Assembly: GCA_035063585.1 (NCBI GenBank)
Contig: JAPSGB010000044.1
Span: 1-35,810 of the forward strand
From: Polyangiaceae bacterium
Lineage (GTDB): Bacteria; Myxococcota_A; Polyangia; Polyangiales; Polyangiaceae
Direction: 5' to 3'
Length of the DNA: 35,810 bases
Of this stretch, positions 18,442 through 26,528 are shown piece by piece. The notes under the pieces were generated by a model that worked only from the letters and a program-made list of their open reading frames with translations, was not told where the DNA came from and made no database searches. The translations under genes and the position numbers were made by a program. Positions within the stretch are counted from its first letter, which is position 1; each line of letters opens with the position of its first letter.

Positions 18442-18547
18442 CCAGCACCAGCGGAGGAAGCGTTCGAGGGTATCGCCCCCCCCGCACCGCACCGCAATCC
18501 GCACCGCACCGCCAGCACCAGCGGAGGAAGCGTTCGAGGGTATCGCC
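18442..18547. repeat. Exact 36-bp direct repeat x2 with 34-bp spacer
   Basis: CCAGCACCAGCGGAGGAAGCGTTCGAGGGTATCGCC at 18442-18477 and 18512-18547. Confidence 0.95.
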
Positions 18548-18577
18548 GGTCCGGCGCGGCCGGCGGCGCGGCCGCTC

Positions 18578-18594
18578 GCGACGCTTCGCGTCGC
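18578..18594. terminator. Perfect hairpin just downstream of the AgmX/PglI-like gene (possible terminator or REP)
   Basis: GCGACGC-TTC-GCGTCGC; no U-tract. Confidence 0.3.
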
Positions 18595-18610
18595 CACGGA
18601 CCGCGGTGGC

Positions 18611-19177
18611 TCAGCGCGGGCGGAAGTTGAACGGGTAGTTGATGGTGCTGTCCATCCCGCGCGGGTGCGGCGGGAACTTCAGGCCTTTCAGCACCCCGAG
18701 CGCGCACTCCACCACCTTCGGGGCGGTGATGTCGCTCCGCTGCTCGTTCAGCTTGGCGCTCTTCAAGGCGCCCGTCCCGTCGAGCTGGAACTCGAGCACC
18801 AGGTTCCCCTCGAGCGACGGGATCGCCTTGCGGCCCTCGTCGTAGCAGGCGCGGAACGCGTCGCGGTGCTCCTTGATGATCGCCGCCACGAGCTCGGTGC
18901 GCTTGGCGTCGCCCGCGGGCGCGGCTGAGCCGGCCGGCGTGGCTGAGCTCGCGACCGGCGCCGCGGTCTCGCCGCTCGGGGCGTCGCTCGCAAGCTCGGC
19001 CGACGGCGCGGGCGCGTCACCGGTGGTTCCGGGGGACGGCGCGTCGACGGCCGGGGGCGAGCTCCCGGGGGGCGACTCGGCGGGCGCCTGCGACGAGCCT
19101 GCGCCGCAGGCGGGGACGGCGATGGCGACGGCGAGCGCGAGCGCGGTGGCGAGGTTCGTGAGCGTGCAGACTCTCAT
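18611..19177 (-). CDS. Lipoprotein with AgmX/PglI-type (TonB-C-like) C-terminal domain
   Basis: Lipobox VPAC, Pro/Ala/Ser linker, FRACYD…LEGNLVLEFQLDGTG…VVEC…LKFP…INYPFNF. Confidence 0.85.
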   Translation of the reverse strand: MRVCTLTNLATALALAVAIAVPACGAGSSQAPAESPPGSSPPAVDAPSPGTTGDAPAPSAELASDAPSGETAAPVASSATPAGSAAPAGDAKRTELVAAIIKEHRDAFRACYDEGRKAIPSLEGNLVLEFQLDGTGALKSAKLNEQRSDITAPKVVECALGVLKGLKFPPHPRGMDSTINYPFNFRPR

Positions 19178-19223
19178 GGCTCCCAAGAGTAGGCCCGCTC
19201 GTCCGCGGAGGGAACCACCGCTC

Positions 19224-19832
19224 TCAGCTCGCCTTGAGGAAGGGCCGCCATTCCGAGAACGGCTCCCGCGTCGCGAGCAGGATCTGGGCCGACGTCGTCC
19301 AGCGAGGTTGGACGGGCGGGCGGAGGAGCCGCATCCCCGCCTCCTCGGGGGTGCGGCGGCCCTTCTTCAAATTGCAGACCCGGCACGAGATGACCAGGTT
19401 TTCCCAGCTATCCGCGCCGCCGCGCGAGCGCGGCAGCACGTGATCGATGTTGAGCTCGCGGAGGGCTGGTCGCTTGCCGCAGTACTGGCACTGGTGCTCG
19501 TCGCGGAGCATGAGGTTCTTGCGCGTGAGCCGCACCTTGATCCGCGGCGCCCGCTCGTAGCGGAGCAGGTGCAGCACGCGGGGGACCCGCAGCGTGCCGC
19601 CCACCACCGGCAGGCCGTCATCGACGGCGCGGATCGGGAGCGCGCGCCACTCCCCGAAGTCATGGGTGTCGCCCGCCTCATCCACCGCGGCGGCGGCGCC
19701 GCCGTAGAGCAGGATGAGCGCGCGCCGGGCGGTGGTCAGGCTGACCGGCGCGAAGAAGCGGTTCAAGAGGAGGACCGGCAGCGAGAGGACGTCGCTCGCG
19801 CGTCGTGATGGGGCGTCCGCGTTCTCCGCCAC
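19224..19832 (-). CDS. Stand-alone HNH endonuclease (McrA-like)
   Basis: VLLLN, TRKNLMLRDEHQCQYCG, IDHVLPRSRGG, WENLVISCRVCNLKKG and RTPEEAGMRL. The start is uncertain (GTG 19832). Confidence 0.92.
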   Translation of the reverse strand: MAENADAPSRRASDVLSLPVLLLNRFFAPVSLTTARRALILLYGGAAAAVDEAGDTHDFGEWRALPIRAVDDGLPVVGGTLRVPRVLHLLRYERAPRIKVRLTRKNLMLRDEHQCQYCGKRPALRELNIDHVLPRSRGGADSWENLVISCRVCNLKKGRRTPEEAGMRLLRPPVQPRWTTSAQILLATREPFSEWRPFLKAS

Positions 19833-19946
19833 GGTGCGGCAGGGTAGCACGACCGGCCGCTTCGGGCGGCCCCCCGACCGGTGCTCCGGTGGTGCGACGC
19901 GGAGGGCACTCGACCGCGCGGTGACGATCGGTTAGACGGGTCCGTC

Positions 19947-21458
19947 TTGAAATCGCAGCTACCGCCGCGCACGCGGCTCATTTTCGCCATCGGCGCGGCA
20001 GCGCTCGCCGTAGCGGCTTGCTCGCCCGCAGCCTCGCCCGAGGCGAGCTGGCCGCCGCTCGCCAAGAAATGGTTCGACCGCGCCGCGGTGAGCTACGCCG
20101 AGGTCGATCTCGAGGATGCGGAGCAAGCCGTCGACAACGCGCTCCGCATAGATCCGAACCGCGACGAGATCCGGCTGCTCGCGGCGCGCATCGCGCTCGC
20201 GTCGCTCGACTACGCGCGCGCCGTGCAACTCCTCGATGGGCTCCAGTCGTCGGAGGCGAGCGCGCTGCGCGGTCGCGCGCTCTGGTACTCCGGCAAGCTC
20301 GAGCAAGCCGCCGACGCGCTCGAGGCGCTGCTCACCGATCCGGACGTGAAGGATGTCTGGGCGCAGGAGGTCTCGAAGCTCGCGCGTCGCGGCGCTGGGC
20401 GCACCCCGTTCAAGATGAGCGGCGGGATGCTCGCCGTGGAGGAGATGCCGCAGGTCGGCGGCGGCGGGCTGATCGTCCCGGTCGAGGTGAACGGCGAGCC
20501 CGCGCTCGGCATGCTCGCGACCGGCACCGCCGAGGCCTTCATCGACTCGAGCGGCGGCAACACCGAGCCCTCGTGGGTCTCGCTCCGCTTCGGGGGGCGC
20601 ATCGAAGTGAAGGACGTGCCCGCGTTTCCGAAGGATCTCTCGGGGCTCTCGCGGCAGTATGGCGCCCCCATCAAGCTCCTCCTCGGCGTGAATCTGCTTC
20701 GTCACCTGCACGCTACCTTCGACTACGCCGGCAGTCAGTTCGTGGTGCGCTCCTTCGAACCGCCGCCGCCGCCGCACGCCACCACCATCCATGTCGCCTA
20801 CGTGCGTGGCGGTGGGATGGTGATGCGCGGAGGGCTCGGCAGTGACGCGAACGCTCCCACGGCGACGCTGATGGTGGACACCTCGATGAGCTTTCCGCTC
20901 GCGCTCGATGAGACGGGCTGGAAGAAGGCTGGGGTGAGCCTCTCCTCGCTCCGGCCGGTTCCCCACGGCGGCGGGCTCAAGCACGGCACGCTCCCGCTCT
21001 TTCGCCTGGGCGCGTTCGAGATCCCGGAGGTCCCCGCGGTCTACGGCGCGCCGGTGAAGGAGCTCGAGGCCGGCCTCGGCGTGTCCCTCGACGGGGTCAT
21101 CGGCGCCGGGCTCCTCGCGGCCTTCCGCGTCACGCTGGCCGACGAGGGCCGGACGCTCTGGCTCGAAGATCTGCCCGGCGCGATACCCACCGTGCCAGGG
21201 CCCGCCGAGCCGAGCGTCGCCCCACCGCCGCCCGACGGCGAGCGGCTCCAACTCGACCGGCCGGGCGGCGTCGCCGTGCCCCCGGGCGCCGAGCTGCCGG
21301 GTGGAGCCGCGCCGCCCGGCGCGCCGGCGCCCGCGAAGCCTGCGCCTGTACCCGCGAAGCCCGCACCGGCGCCCGCGAAGCCCGCGCCGGCGCCCGCGAA
21401 GCCCGCGCCGGCGCCCGCGAAGCCCGCGCCGGCGCCCGGCGGAAATCAGCCGCGCTGA
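19947..21458 (+). CDS. Lipoprotein with TPR region, two degenerate retropepsin-like aspartyl-protease domains and a Pro-rich tail
   Basis: Lipobox VAAC, TPR-like helices, VPVEVNG…MLATGT, LLGVNLLRHL, LMVDTS, LDGVIGAGLLAAFRVT and PAKPA repeats. The start is uncertain. Confidence 0.75.
   Translation: MKSQLPPRTRLIFAIGAAALAVAACSPAASPEASWPPLAKKWFDRAAVSYAEVDLEDAEQAVDNALRIDPNRDEIRLLAARIALASLDYARAVQLLDGLQSSEASALRGRALWYSGKLEQAADALEALLTDPDVKDVWAQEVSKLARRGAGRTPFKMSGGMLAVEEMPQVGGGGLIVPVEVNGEPALGMLATGTAEAFIDSSGGNTEPSWVSLRFGGRIEVKDVPAFPKDLSGLSRQYGAPIKLLLGVNLLRHLHATFDYAGSQFVVRSFEPPPPPHATTIHVAYVRGGGMVMRGGLGSDANAPTATLMVDTSMSFPLALDETGWKKAGVSLSSLRPVPHGGGLKHGTLPLFRLGAFEIPEVPAVYGAPVKELEAGLGVSLDGVIGAGLLAAFRVTLADEGRTLWLEDLPGAIPTVPGPAEPSVAPPPPDGERLQLDRPGGVAVPPGAELPGGAAPPGAPAPAKPAPVPAKPAPAPAKPAPAPAKPAPAPAKPAPAPGGNQPR
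21322..21438 (+). repeat. Coding 21-bp tandem repeat (PAPAKPA x ~5)
   Basis: GCCGGCGCCCGCGAAGCCCGC-type units. Confidence 0.9.
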
Positions 21459-21510
21459 GCACGCGCGCGGTCGGCACGCCGGCTGCCGGCTGAGCTAGGC
21501 TCTGCGCCAC

Positions 21511-22008
21511 ATGGACCGCGCCAGCCGACCGGCAGTCTACGCAGGCAGCTTCGATCCGCCGACCTACGGCCACCTCGATTTGGTCGAGCGCGCGGCGAAG
21601 CTCTTCGACCACGTCATCGTCGCGGTGGGTGTCCACCCCACGCGCCAGCCTCTCTTCAGCGCCGCGCAGCGGCTCGCGCTGCTCGAGAAGCTCTGCGCGC
21701 CCTTCCCGAACGTCACGGTGAGCTCGTTCGACGGGCTGCTCGTGAACTTCAGCCGGGACGTCGGCGCGCGCGTCATCGTGCGCGGCCTGCGGGTCGGCAC
21801 CGATTTCGAGTACGAGCTCCAACTCGCCCACGCCAACGCCGATCTCTGCCCCGAGGTCGACACCGTGTTCCTGCCCACCCGTGCCACCTACGGATTCATC
21901 TCCGCCTCGCTGGTGCGCGAGATCGCGAGCCACGGCGGCGACGTCAGCCATTACGCGCCACCCGAGGTCTGCGAGGCGCTGCGAGAGCGCTTCGCCGCTG
22001 GCGAGTGA
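21511..22008 (+). CDS. coaD: Pantetheine-phosphate adenylyltransferase
   Basis: VYAGSFDPPTYGHLDL, IVRGLR…DFEYE and FISASLVREIA. Confidence 0.97.
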   Translation: MDRASRPAVYAGSFDPPTYGHLDLVERAAKLFDHVIVAVGVHPTRQPLFSAAQRLALLEKLCAPFPNVTVSSFDGLLVNFSRDVGARVIVRGLRVGTDFEYELQLAHANADLCPEVDTVFLPTRATYGFISASLVREIASHGGDVSHYAPPEVCEALRERFAAGE

Positions 22009-22079
22009 CGCGCTGCCCGCGGGGGCCGTGCGGGCTCGCGCCGCCCCGACAACAAAATAACAAAATCGTTGATATGTGA

Positions 22080-23798
22080 TCAGGCGGCTCGGGCGACGCG
22101 GCGCCGGCGGAGCCCGCCGAGGGCGGCCAGGCCGAGGAGCACCCAGGCCGCGCCGCCTGCGCGCCCGGGCGCGACGAGCGAGCAGCTCCCCGACGAGCCG
22201 GCGTCGGTCGAGCCGGCGGCTGCGCCACCGTCCGGCGGCGACCAGGAGCCGCCGCTGCCGGGAGTCGCCGCGCCGCCGCCCGCGCCGGATGCCCCGCCGC
22301 TCCCCGCGCCGCCGGTACCGGTGGAGCCGCCGCCGCACTCGGCCGCGCACTCGCTCGCGATGCAGGCGTCGAAGGCGCTGGCGAGCGCGTTGCTGGCGCA
22401 GGTGGCCGGCCGCGGCGAGCTCACCTCGCAGAGGTAACAGTCGACGTCGTTCGCGCACGCCTGGCTCTCGGCGCAGCACTTCGTCTCGAAGCAGGTCTGG
22501 CAGCCCGCGCCGCTCGCCGAGAAGCCGCACTTGCTCTGGGTGATCCCGCACTCGGTCGCGCAGCTCTTCCGGTAGCAGAGGCTGAACTCGATGAGCTTGC
22601 GATTCGAGTTGCAGCTCGCGTCGGGGTTCGCGCTCGAGGCGCAGGCCGCGCAGGCGCTGTCGTCCGCGCAGGCCTGCTCCTCGGCGCAGCACGCGCCGTC
22701 GACGCAGGTGCTACAGGTCTGGTTGCTGAAGCTGAACCCGCAGGCGGGCGTCTGGCAGGAGGCGTCGCTCGCGCAGGCGTCCTTGCAGCCCGTGTCGCAG
22801 ACGCAGTCGAAGATCTTTCGGTATACGGCCGCGCCTCCCTGGTGCGAAGAAGCGCAGTTGCCCGTGCAGGCCGAGTCCCCGTCCGCGCAGCTGCCGAGGC
22901 AGGTGAGTAGGGCGTTACAGTCGGCGTCATTCACGCAGTCCGCCACGGTGCCCGAGCAGGAGCCGACGCCGCTCGTGGAGGCCTGCCGGCACTCGTCACA
23001 GGTCTGGGGCGGGTTGATGGGCGTGCCGTCGATATACCCCTCTACCCAGTCCGCCACCGCCGACACGCGGCCGCTCACGCCGAATACGGCGCAATTCTCG
23101 TCCCCGTACGAGGTGACGCCCGCGACGTACTCCACTCCACCGAGCGTGTAGAGCACGGGCCCGCCGCTGTCGCCCGAGCAGGCGCCGCCGAGCGCGCCAT
23201 CTTGCCTATAGCTCAGCTGAAGCGCGCTCACTGCGTAGCCACCGGCATTGTTCGCGAGCTTGTTGGTCACGAAGCGGCGCGCGGAGTTCCCGGAGTCGCT
23301 CGCGCTGGTCTTGCCGTAGCCGACGATGGTGACGTTTGCACCCGCGGCGAGGTCATCGAGCGCCTTGGTGAGGAACGGGGTGGTCGGCGTGGTGCCGCCC
23401 GCGCCGGTGAACTTCACCATCGCGAAGTCGTACACGGGCCCGTCTCCGCCAGTGTAGTCCTTGTGGACCAGGAAATCGGTGACTGGGTACTGGATGCTCG
23501 CCTTCGCGCTGTCATTGCCTTGAAGGATCACGAGCTTCGAGGCGGTCGCGCCGCTCACGCAGTGCGCGGCGGTGAGGAAGAAGCCGCTCGTGCCCTTGAC
23601 CGCGACCACGGTACCCGTGCACGCGGCCGACTTTCCCGAGTCATAGAGGAACATCACCGACTGGTGCGTGGTGTCGAGCGCGCCGCGGGTGATGGCCTCC
23701 GCCGCGCGCCCGGAGCGCGCGGCGTCTCCCTTCGGCTCGCTCGAGCAGCCGACCATGAGCCCCGCGACGCACAAGCTCCCGATGATGAGCGATTTCAT
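22080..23798 (-). CDS. S1 (trypsin-like) serine protease with Cys-rich repeats and MYXO-CTERM-type sorting tail
   Basis: Triad LTAAHC, YDFAM, GDSGGP; Cys-rich repeats; tail SGSCSL…WVLLGLAALGGLRRRR; GGAGG RBS before ATG 23798. Confidence 0.92.
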   Translation of the reverse strand: MKSLIIGSLCVAGLMVGCSSEPKGDAARSGRAAEAITRGALDTTHQSVMFLYDSGKSAACTGTVVAVKGTSGFFLTAAHCVSGATASKLVILQGNDSAKASIQYPVTDFLVHKDYTGGDGPVYDFAMVKFTGAGGTTPTTPFLTKALDDLAAGANVTIVGYGKTSASDSGNSARRFVTNKLANNAGGYAVSALQLSYRQDGALGGACSGDSGGPVLYTLGGVEYVAGVTSYGDENCAVFGVSGRVSAVADWVEGYIDGTPINPPQTCDECRQASTSGVGSCSGTVADCVNDADCNALLTCLGSCADGDSACTGNCASSHQGGAAVYRKIFDCVCDTGCKDACASDASCQTPACGFSFSNQTCSTCVDGACCAEEQACADDSACAACASSANPDASCNSNRKLIEFSLCYRKSCATECGITQSKCGFSASGAGCQTCFETKCCAESQACANDVDCYLCEVSSPRPATCASNALASAFDACIASECAAECGGGSTGTGGAGSGGASGAGGGAATPGSGGSWSPPDGGAAAGSTDAGSSGSCSLVAPGRAGGAAWVLLGLAALGGLRRRRVARAA

Positions 23799-24004
23799 GC
23801 TTCCTCCGCGCTCGCTCGCGTGGTGGCCCTCTGCACCGACGCGCCCGAGCGCGAGGCCAGTCTCCTCCCGCCGCGCGCGGGCCACAAGCACCAACCCTGT
23901 GCGCTCGTATCAGCAGCGCCAGCGGCAAGGGCCCAGGCCAGGGTCTCGCAATTCTCGGTTTCGGGGGACGGTCGCCGTGCGCTCCTCGGGGCTTCGTCCC
24001 CGGT

Positions 24005-24260
24005 TTCGCACCCGTCGGTTCGCCGGCGAGGATCTTCGGCGCGTCAAGACCGATGCCCTCGACACGTTGACCATCGCCCGTTTCGCCCGGTGGAAACGGC
24101 CTCCAGCCGTGCCTCACTCCGGGCGAGGCCACGCTCGAGTCGTCGGCGGTCGTCCGCCATCGCAATCGGTTCGTGCAGCATCTTGGCGAGCGCGTTCGCC
24201 GAGTCGCGCCGAACAATCGCTCTGACGTTCCCGGAGTTCTACCAGCGTCATCTCACGGCG
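24005..24260 (+). pseudogene. IS110-family transposase fragment (frameshifted)
   Basis: RTRRFAGEDLRRVKTDALDTLTIARFA (KTD..D motif), then in other frames EATLE…VRHRNRFVQHLGERVR and LTFPEF. Confidence 0.75.
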
Positions 24261-24364
24261 CGTCGTCGGTTGGGCGACGAGCATCGACAACGACCGCTTC
24301 CTCGCGCTCGACGCGCCCCGGGATCCCCGCACCGCGCGACGTCTTCCGCCAGGGCTCCTTCAGA

Positions 24365-24550
24365 AGGCCGTGCCCGCGGACCACGACGCCGCGGAACGCA
24401 TCATTCACAGCTACATCGACGCCTACCAGAGCACCGAGCGGAGGCGCTCGTTCATCGACTACGAGTGCCCCGTCGCGTTCGAATTGAAGTGCGATCTCGC
24501 GGCGATGGCGGCATAGTCGACCTGTCCGCTTCGGGGGGAGTGGAGGTTCA
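24365..24550 (+). pseudogene. IS3-family transposase 3' remnant with right end
   Basis: DHDAAERIIHSYIDAYQSTERRRSFIDYECPVAFELK…AA* resembles the IS3 YI..YN..RRHS.LGY.SP..FE tail. It is followed by CTGTCC…GGAGGTTCA ending in CA. Confidence 0.6.
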
Positions 24551-24579
24551 GCTTGGGTAGCTTGTCGAAAACAGGGTGC

Positions 24580-25695
24580 ATGGGTCTCGCGGCGCTGACC
24601 CTCTCGCTCGGCTGCGCGAGTGTGCAACGAGCATCGAGCGACATGCCTTTACACGCCCGCTCGCTCTGGTGCGCCAGCCCTGACTGGACGACCCAATCGA
24701 GCGTCGCCACACCCACTCAGATCGACCCGCGAGAGGTAGCGAGACTTCATGCGTTGGGGCTGTCTCAGAAGGCCAGTTGGGCCGCCGTGGGTCTCGGCCT
24801 CGCCACACCGATTCTCGAGCGCGCCGAGCGCTTCGAAAACCCGCAGACCATGAGCGTTTCTCGTCGATTCGAGGCGATCGAGCTCGACCATCTCATCGAT
24901 CGCAGAGTCTCGATCATCGGGCTCGACGTGAGCGCCCTCGCGGCCGTGCTGGAGTGTTACCAAGGGCGCTGGGAAGACCAGGCCAGTGTCTTCGAACACG
25001 AGACTGCAACCCGAGACGTCGCGCTCACCGTCGCGGCGCTCGTTACGGGCGCTGTCTCGGGCCTCGGTGCTGGCGCCCTGGAGCTCGCCGGAGAAGACAC
25101 CGCAGCGACGATCACGGGGATCGCCGGAGGCACCACAGGCGCGATCCTCGGCGCGGCGTTGTTTTTTCCGGGGCCAAGGCTCGCGGTGAACCACGGCCGC
25201 TCGCTCATGGCCGACCTGTGGTTCGGCAGGGCTACGTCTAACTATGCTCCACGCGCCGTGTGGTTGTTTCTCAACGCGACGCCTCCCGACGGGGAATCAC
25301 TGAGAGAGATCCTACTGCGTAGGGTGCGAGAGCTCGGCGAGTTCGGCGCCGAGGGTTCGCCCGAATATCACCAGCGCGAGGCGCTGTTTTTCGGGCAAAG
25401 TGAAATGTCGGCAGACGACCTCAGGGCCTACGCCGCGATGCTCGATGAGCTCGAGTCACAAGTGATGGGAATCCACACGATGCTCAATCGCTTGCTTCGC
25501 GAGCTCGACGCATGGCGAGACGCGCGCAGCGACGCCGTCAGCGCGCGCCTAGGGCATTCGAACTGTCCAAGTCCACCGCGCACGGTTTCGACGCTGGTCA
25601 GAACTGGCCCGGGAAACGCCGCGGGCCGCCCGCGAGATGAAGCGCGTCAGGAGCTTCAGCGTCGCGCGCTGCAGAGAAGTAACCGTTCGGGATAG
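24580..25695 (+). CDS. Hypothetical lipoprotein, C-terminus interrupted by the IS66 left end
   Basis: Lipobox LSLGC and a Gly-rich hydrophobic hairpin. The present stop (25693-25695) lies inside the IS66 end that starts at 25679. Confidence 0.65.
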   Translation: MGLAALTLSLGCASVQRASSDMPLHARSLWCASPDWTTQSSVATPTQIDPREVARLHALGLSQKASWAAVGLGLATPILERAERFENPQTMSVSRRFEAIELDHLIDRRVSIIGLDVSALAAVLECYQGRWEDQASVFEHETATRDVALTVAALVTGAVSGLGAGALELAGEDTAATITGIAGGTTGAILGAALFFPGPRLAVNHGRSLMADLWFGRATSNYAPRAVWLFLNATPPDGESLREILLRRVRELGEFGAEGSPEYHQREALFFGQSEMSADDLRAYAAMLDELESQVMGIHTMLNRLLRELDAWRDARSDAVSARLGHSNCPSPPRTVSTLVRTGPGNAAGRPRDEARQELQRRALQRSNRSG

Positions 25696-25739
25696 CGAGC
25701 CCCTTGCAGGGTTCCCGCGAGCGGCCGGACGGTCGTCGT

Positions 25740-26520
25740 CGAGAGCGACGGCGTCCGCGTCATGGTCGGCGCAGGATTCGATCGCGCGACGCTCGCGTCG
25801 ATCATCGACCTGGTCGAGTCGCGGCGGACGGGTGCCCGCTGCTCCCGCACGGCGTCGAGGCGTTCGTCGGGCTCGAGCCAGGCGAAGGTGCCGCCGCCGG
25901 GGATACCGCGCCGGACCGCCAGGATGACGACGGGGAGGGCAAGCCCGGGTCCGGGCGCCGTCGCGGCAAGTCCACTGGCCGACGCAACCTGCGCAACGCG
26001 GCGATGGACGAGGAGCGGCTCGAGATCCCTGACGAGCGGTTCGAGCAACTCGTCAGGGAGGGAAAGGCCGAGCGCGTCGGCTTCGAGGAGAGCTTCAAGG
26101 TCGGATGGAAGCGTGGCGGATCTTGCCGGGTCGTGGTCGCCCGCGCGAAGTATCGTGCGATCGGTGCGCAGGGCGAGGCGCAGATGGAGACGAGAGACGA
26201 CAAATGGCCGCTCCGAACGCGGGCTCAGGAAGATTGCCGTAGGCTGAAACACATGGCTCTTCGTCGGCAGCGACGACTACGCCGAGAGCGCCGGCCATCT
26301 GTTCTCGCTGCTCGCGTCCGCACGACTCCACCGCCTCGATCCCGAGAGCTACTTGCGCGGTTTGTTCCGCGTGCTCGCGCACTGGCCGCGCGACCGCTAC
26401 CTCGAGCTCGCCCCGCGCTACTGGGCCGAGACTCGCTCCCGCCTCGTCCCGACCGAGCTCGCGCGCGAGCTCGGGCCGCTCACCGTGCCGCCGCCGCCGC
26501 AAGAGCAGCCGACTTCGGAC
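25740..26520 (+). pseudogene. Internally deleted IS66 tnpA/tnpC remnant (copy 1)
   Basis: TnpA-like VMVGAGFDRATLASIIDL, TnpC linker GRRNLR…EERLEIPD, then SERGLRKIAVG*NTWLFVGSD…LDPESYLR with an in-frame TGA at 26245-26247. Confidence 0.8.
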
Positions 26521-26528
26521 CGATCGGT

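Noticed and set aside
18442..18547. CRISPR array call
   Set aside because: There are only two exact repeats, the spacer is low-complexity, the repeat lacks a typical terminus or palindrome, and no cas genes are present. It is kept only as a repeat and a finding.
8976..19832. Methyltransferase plus HNH as a restriction-modification pair
   Set aside because: They are about 9 kb apart, separated by unrelated core genes, and both belong to families that commonly stand alone.
24320..24331. GGGATCCCCGCA matching the terminal repeat end
   Set aside because: Only about 12 bp of GC-rich, partly palindromic sequence with no extension, so it is compatible with chance.
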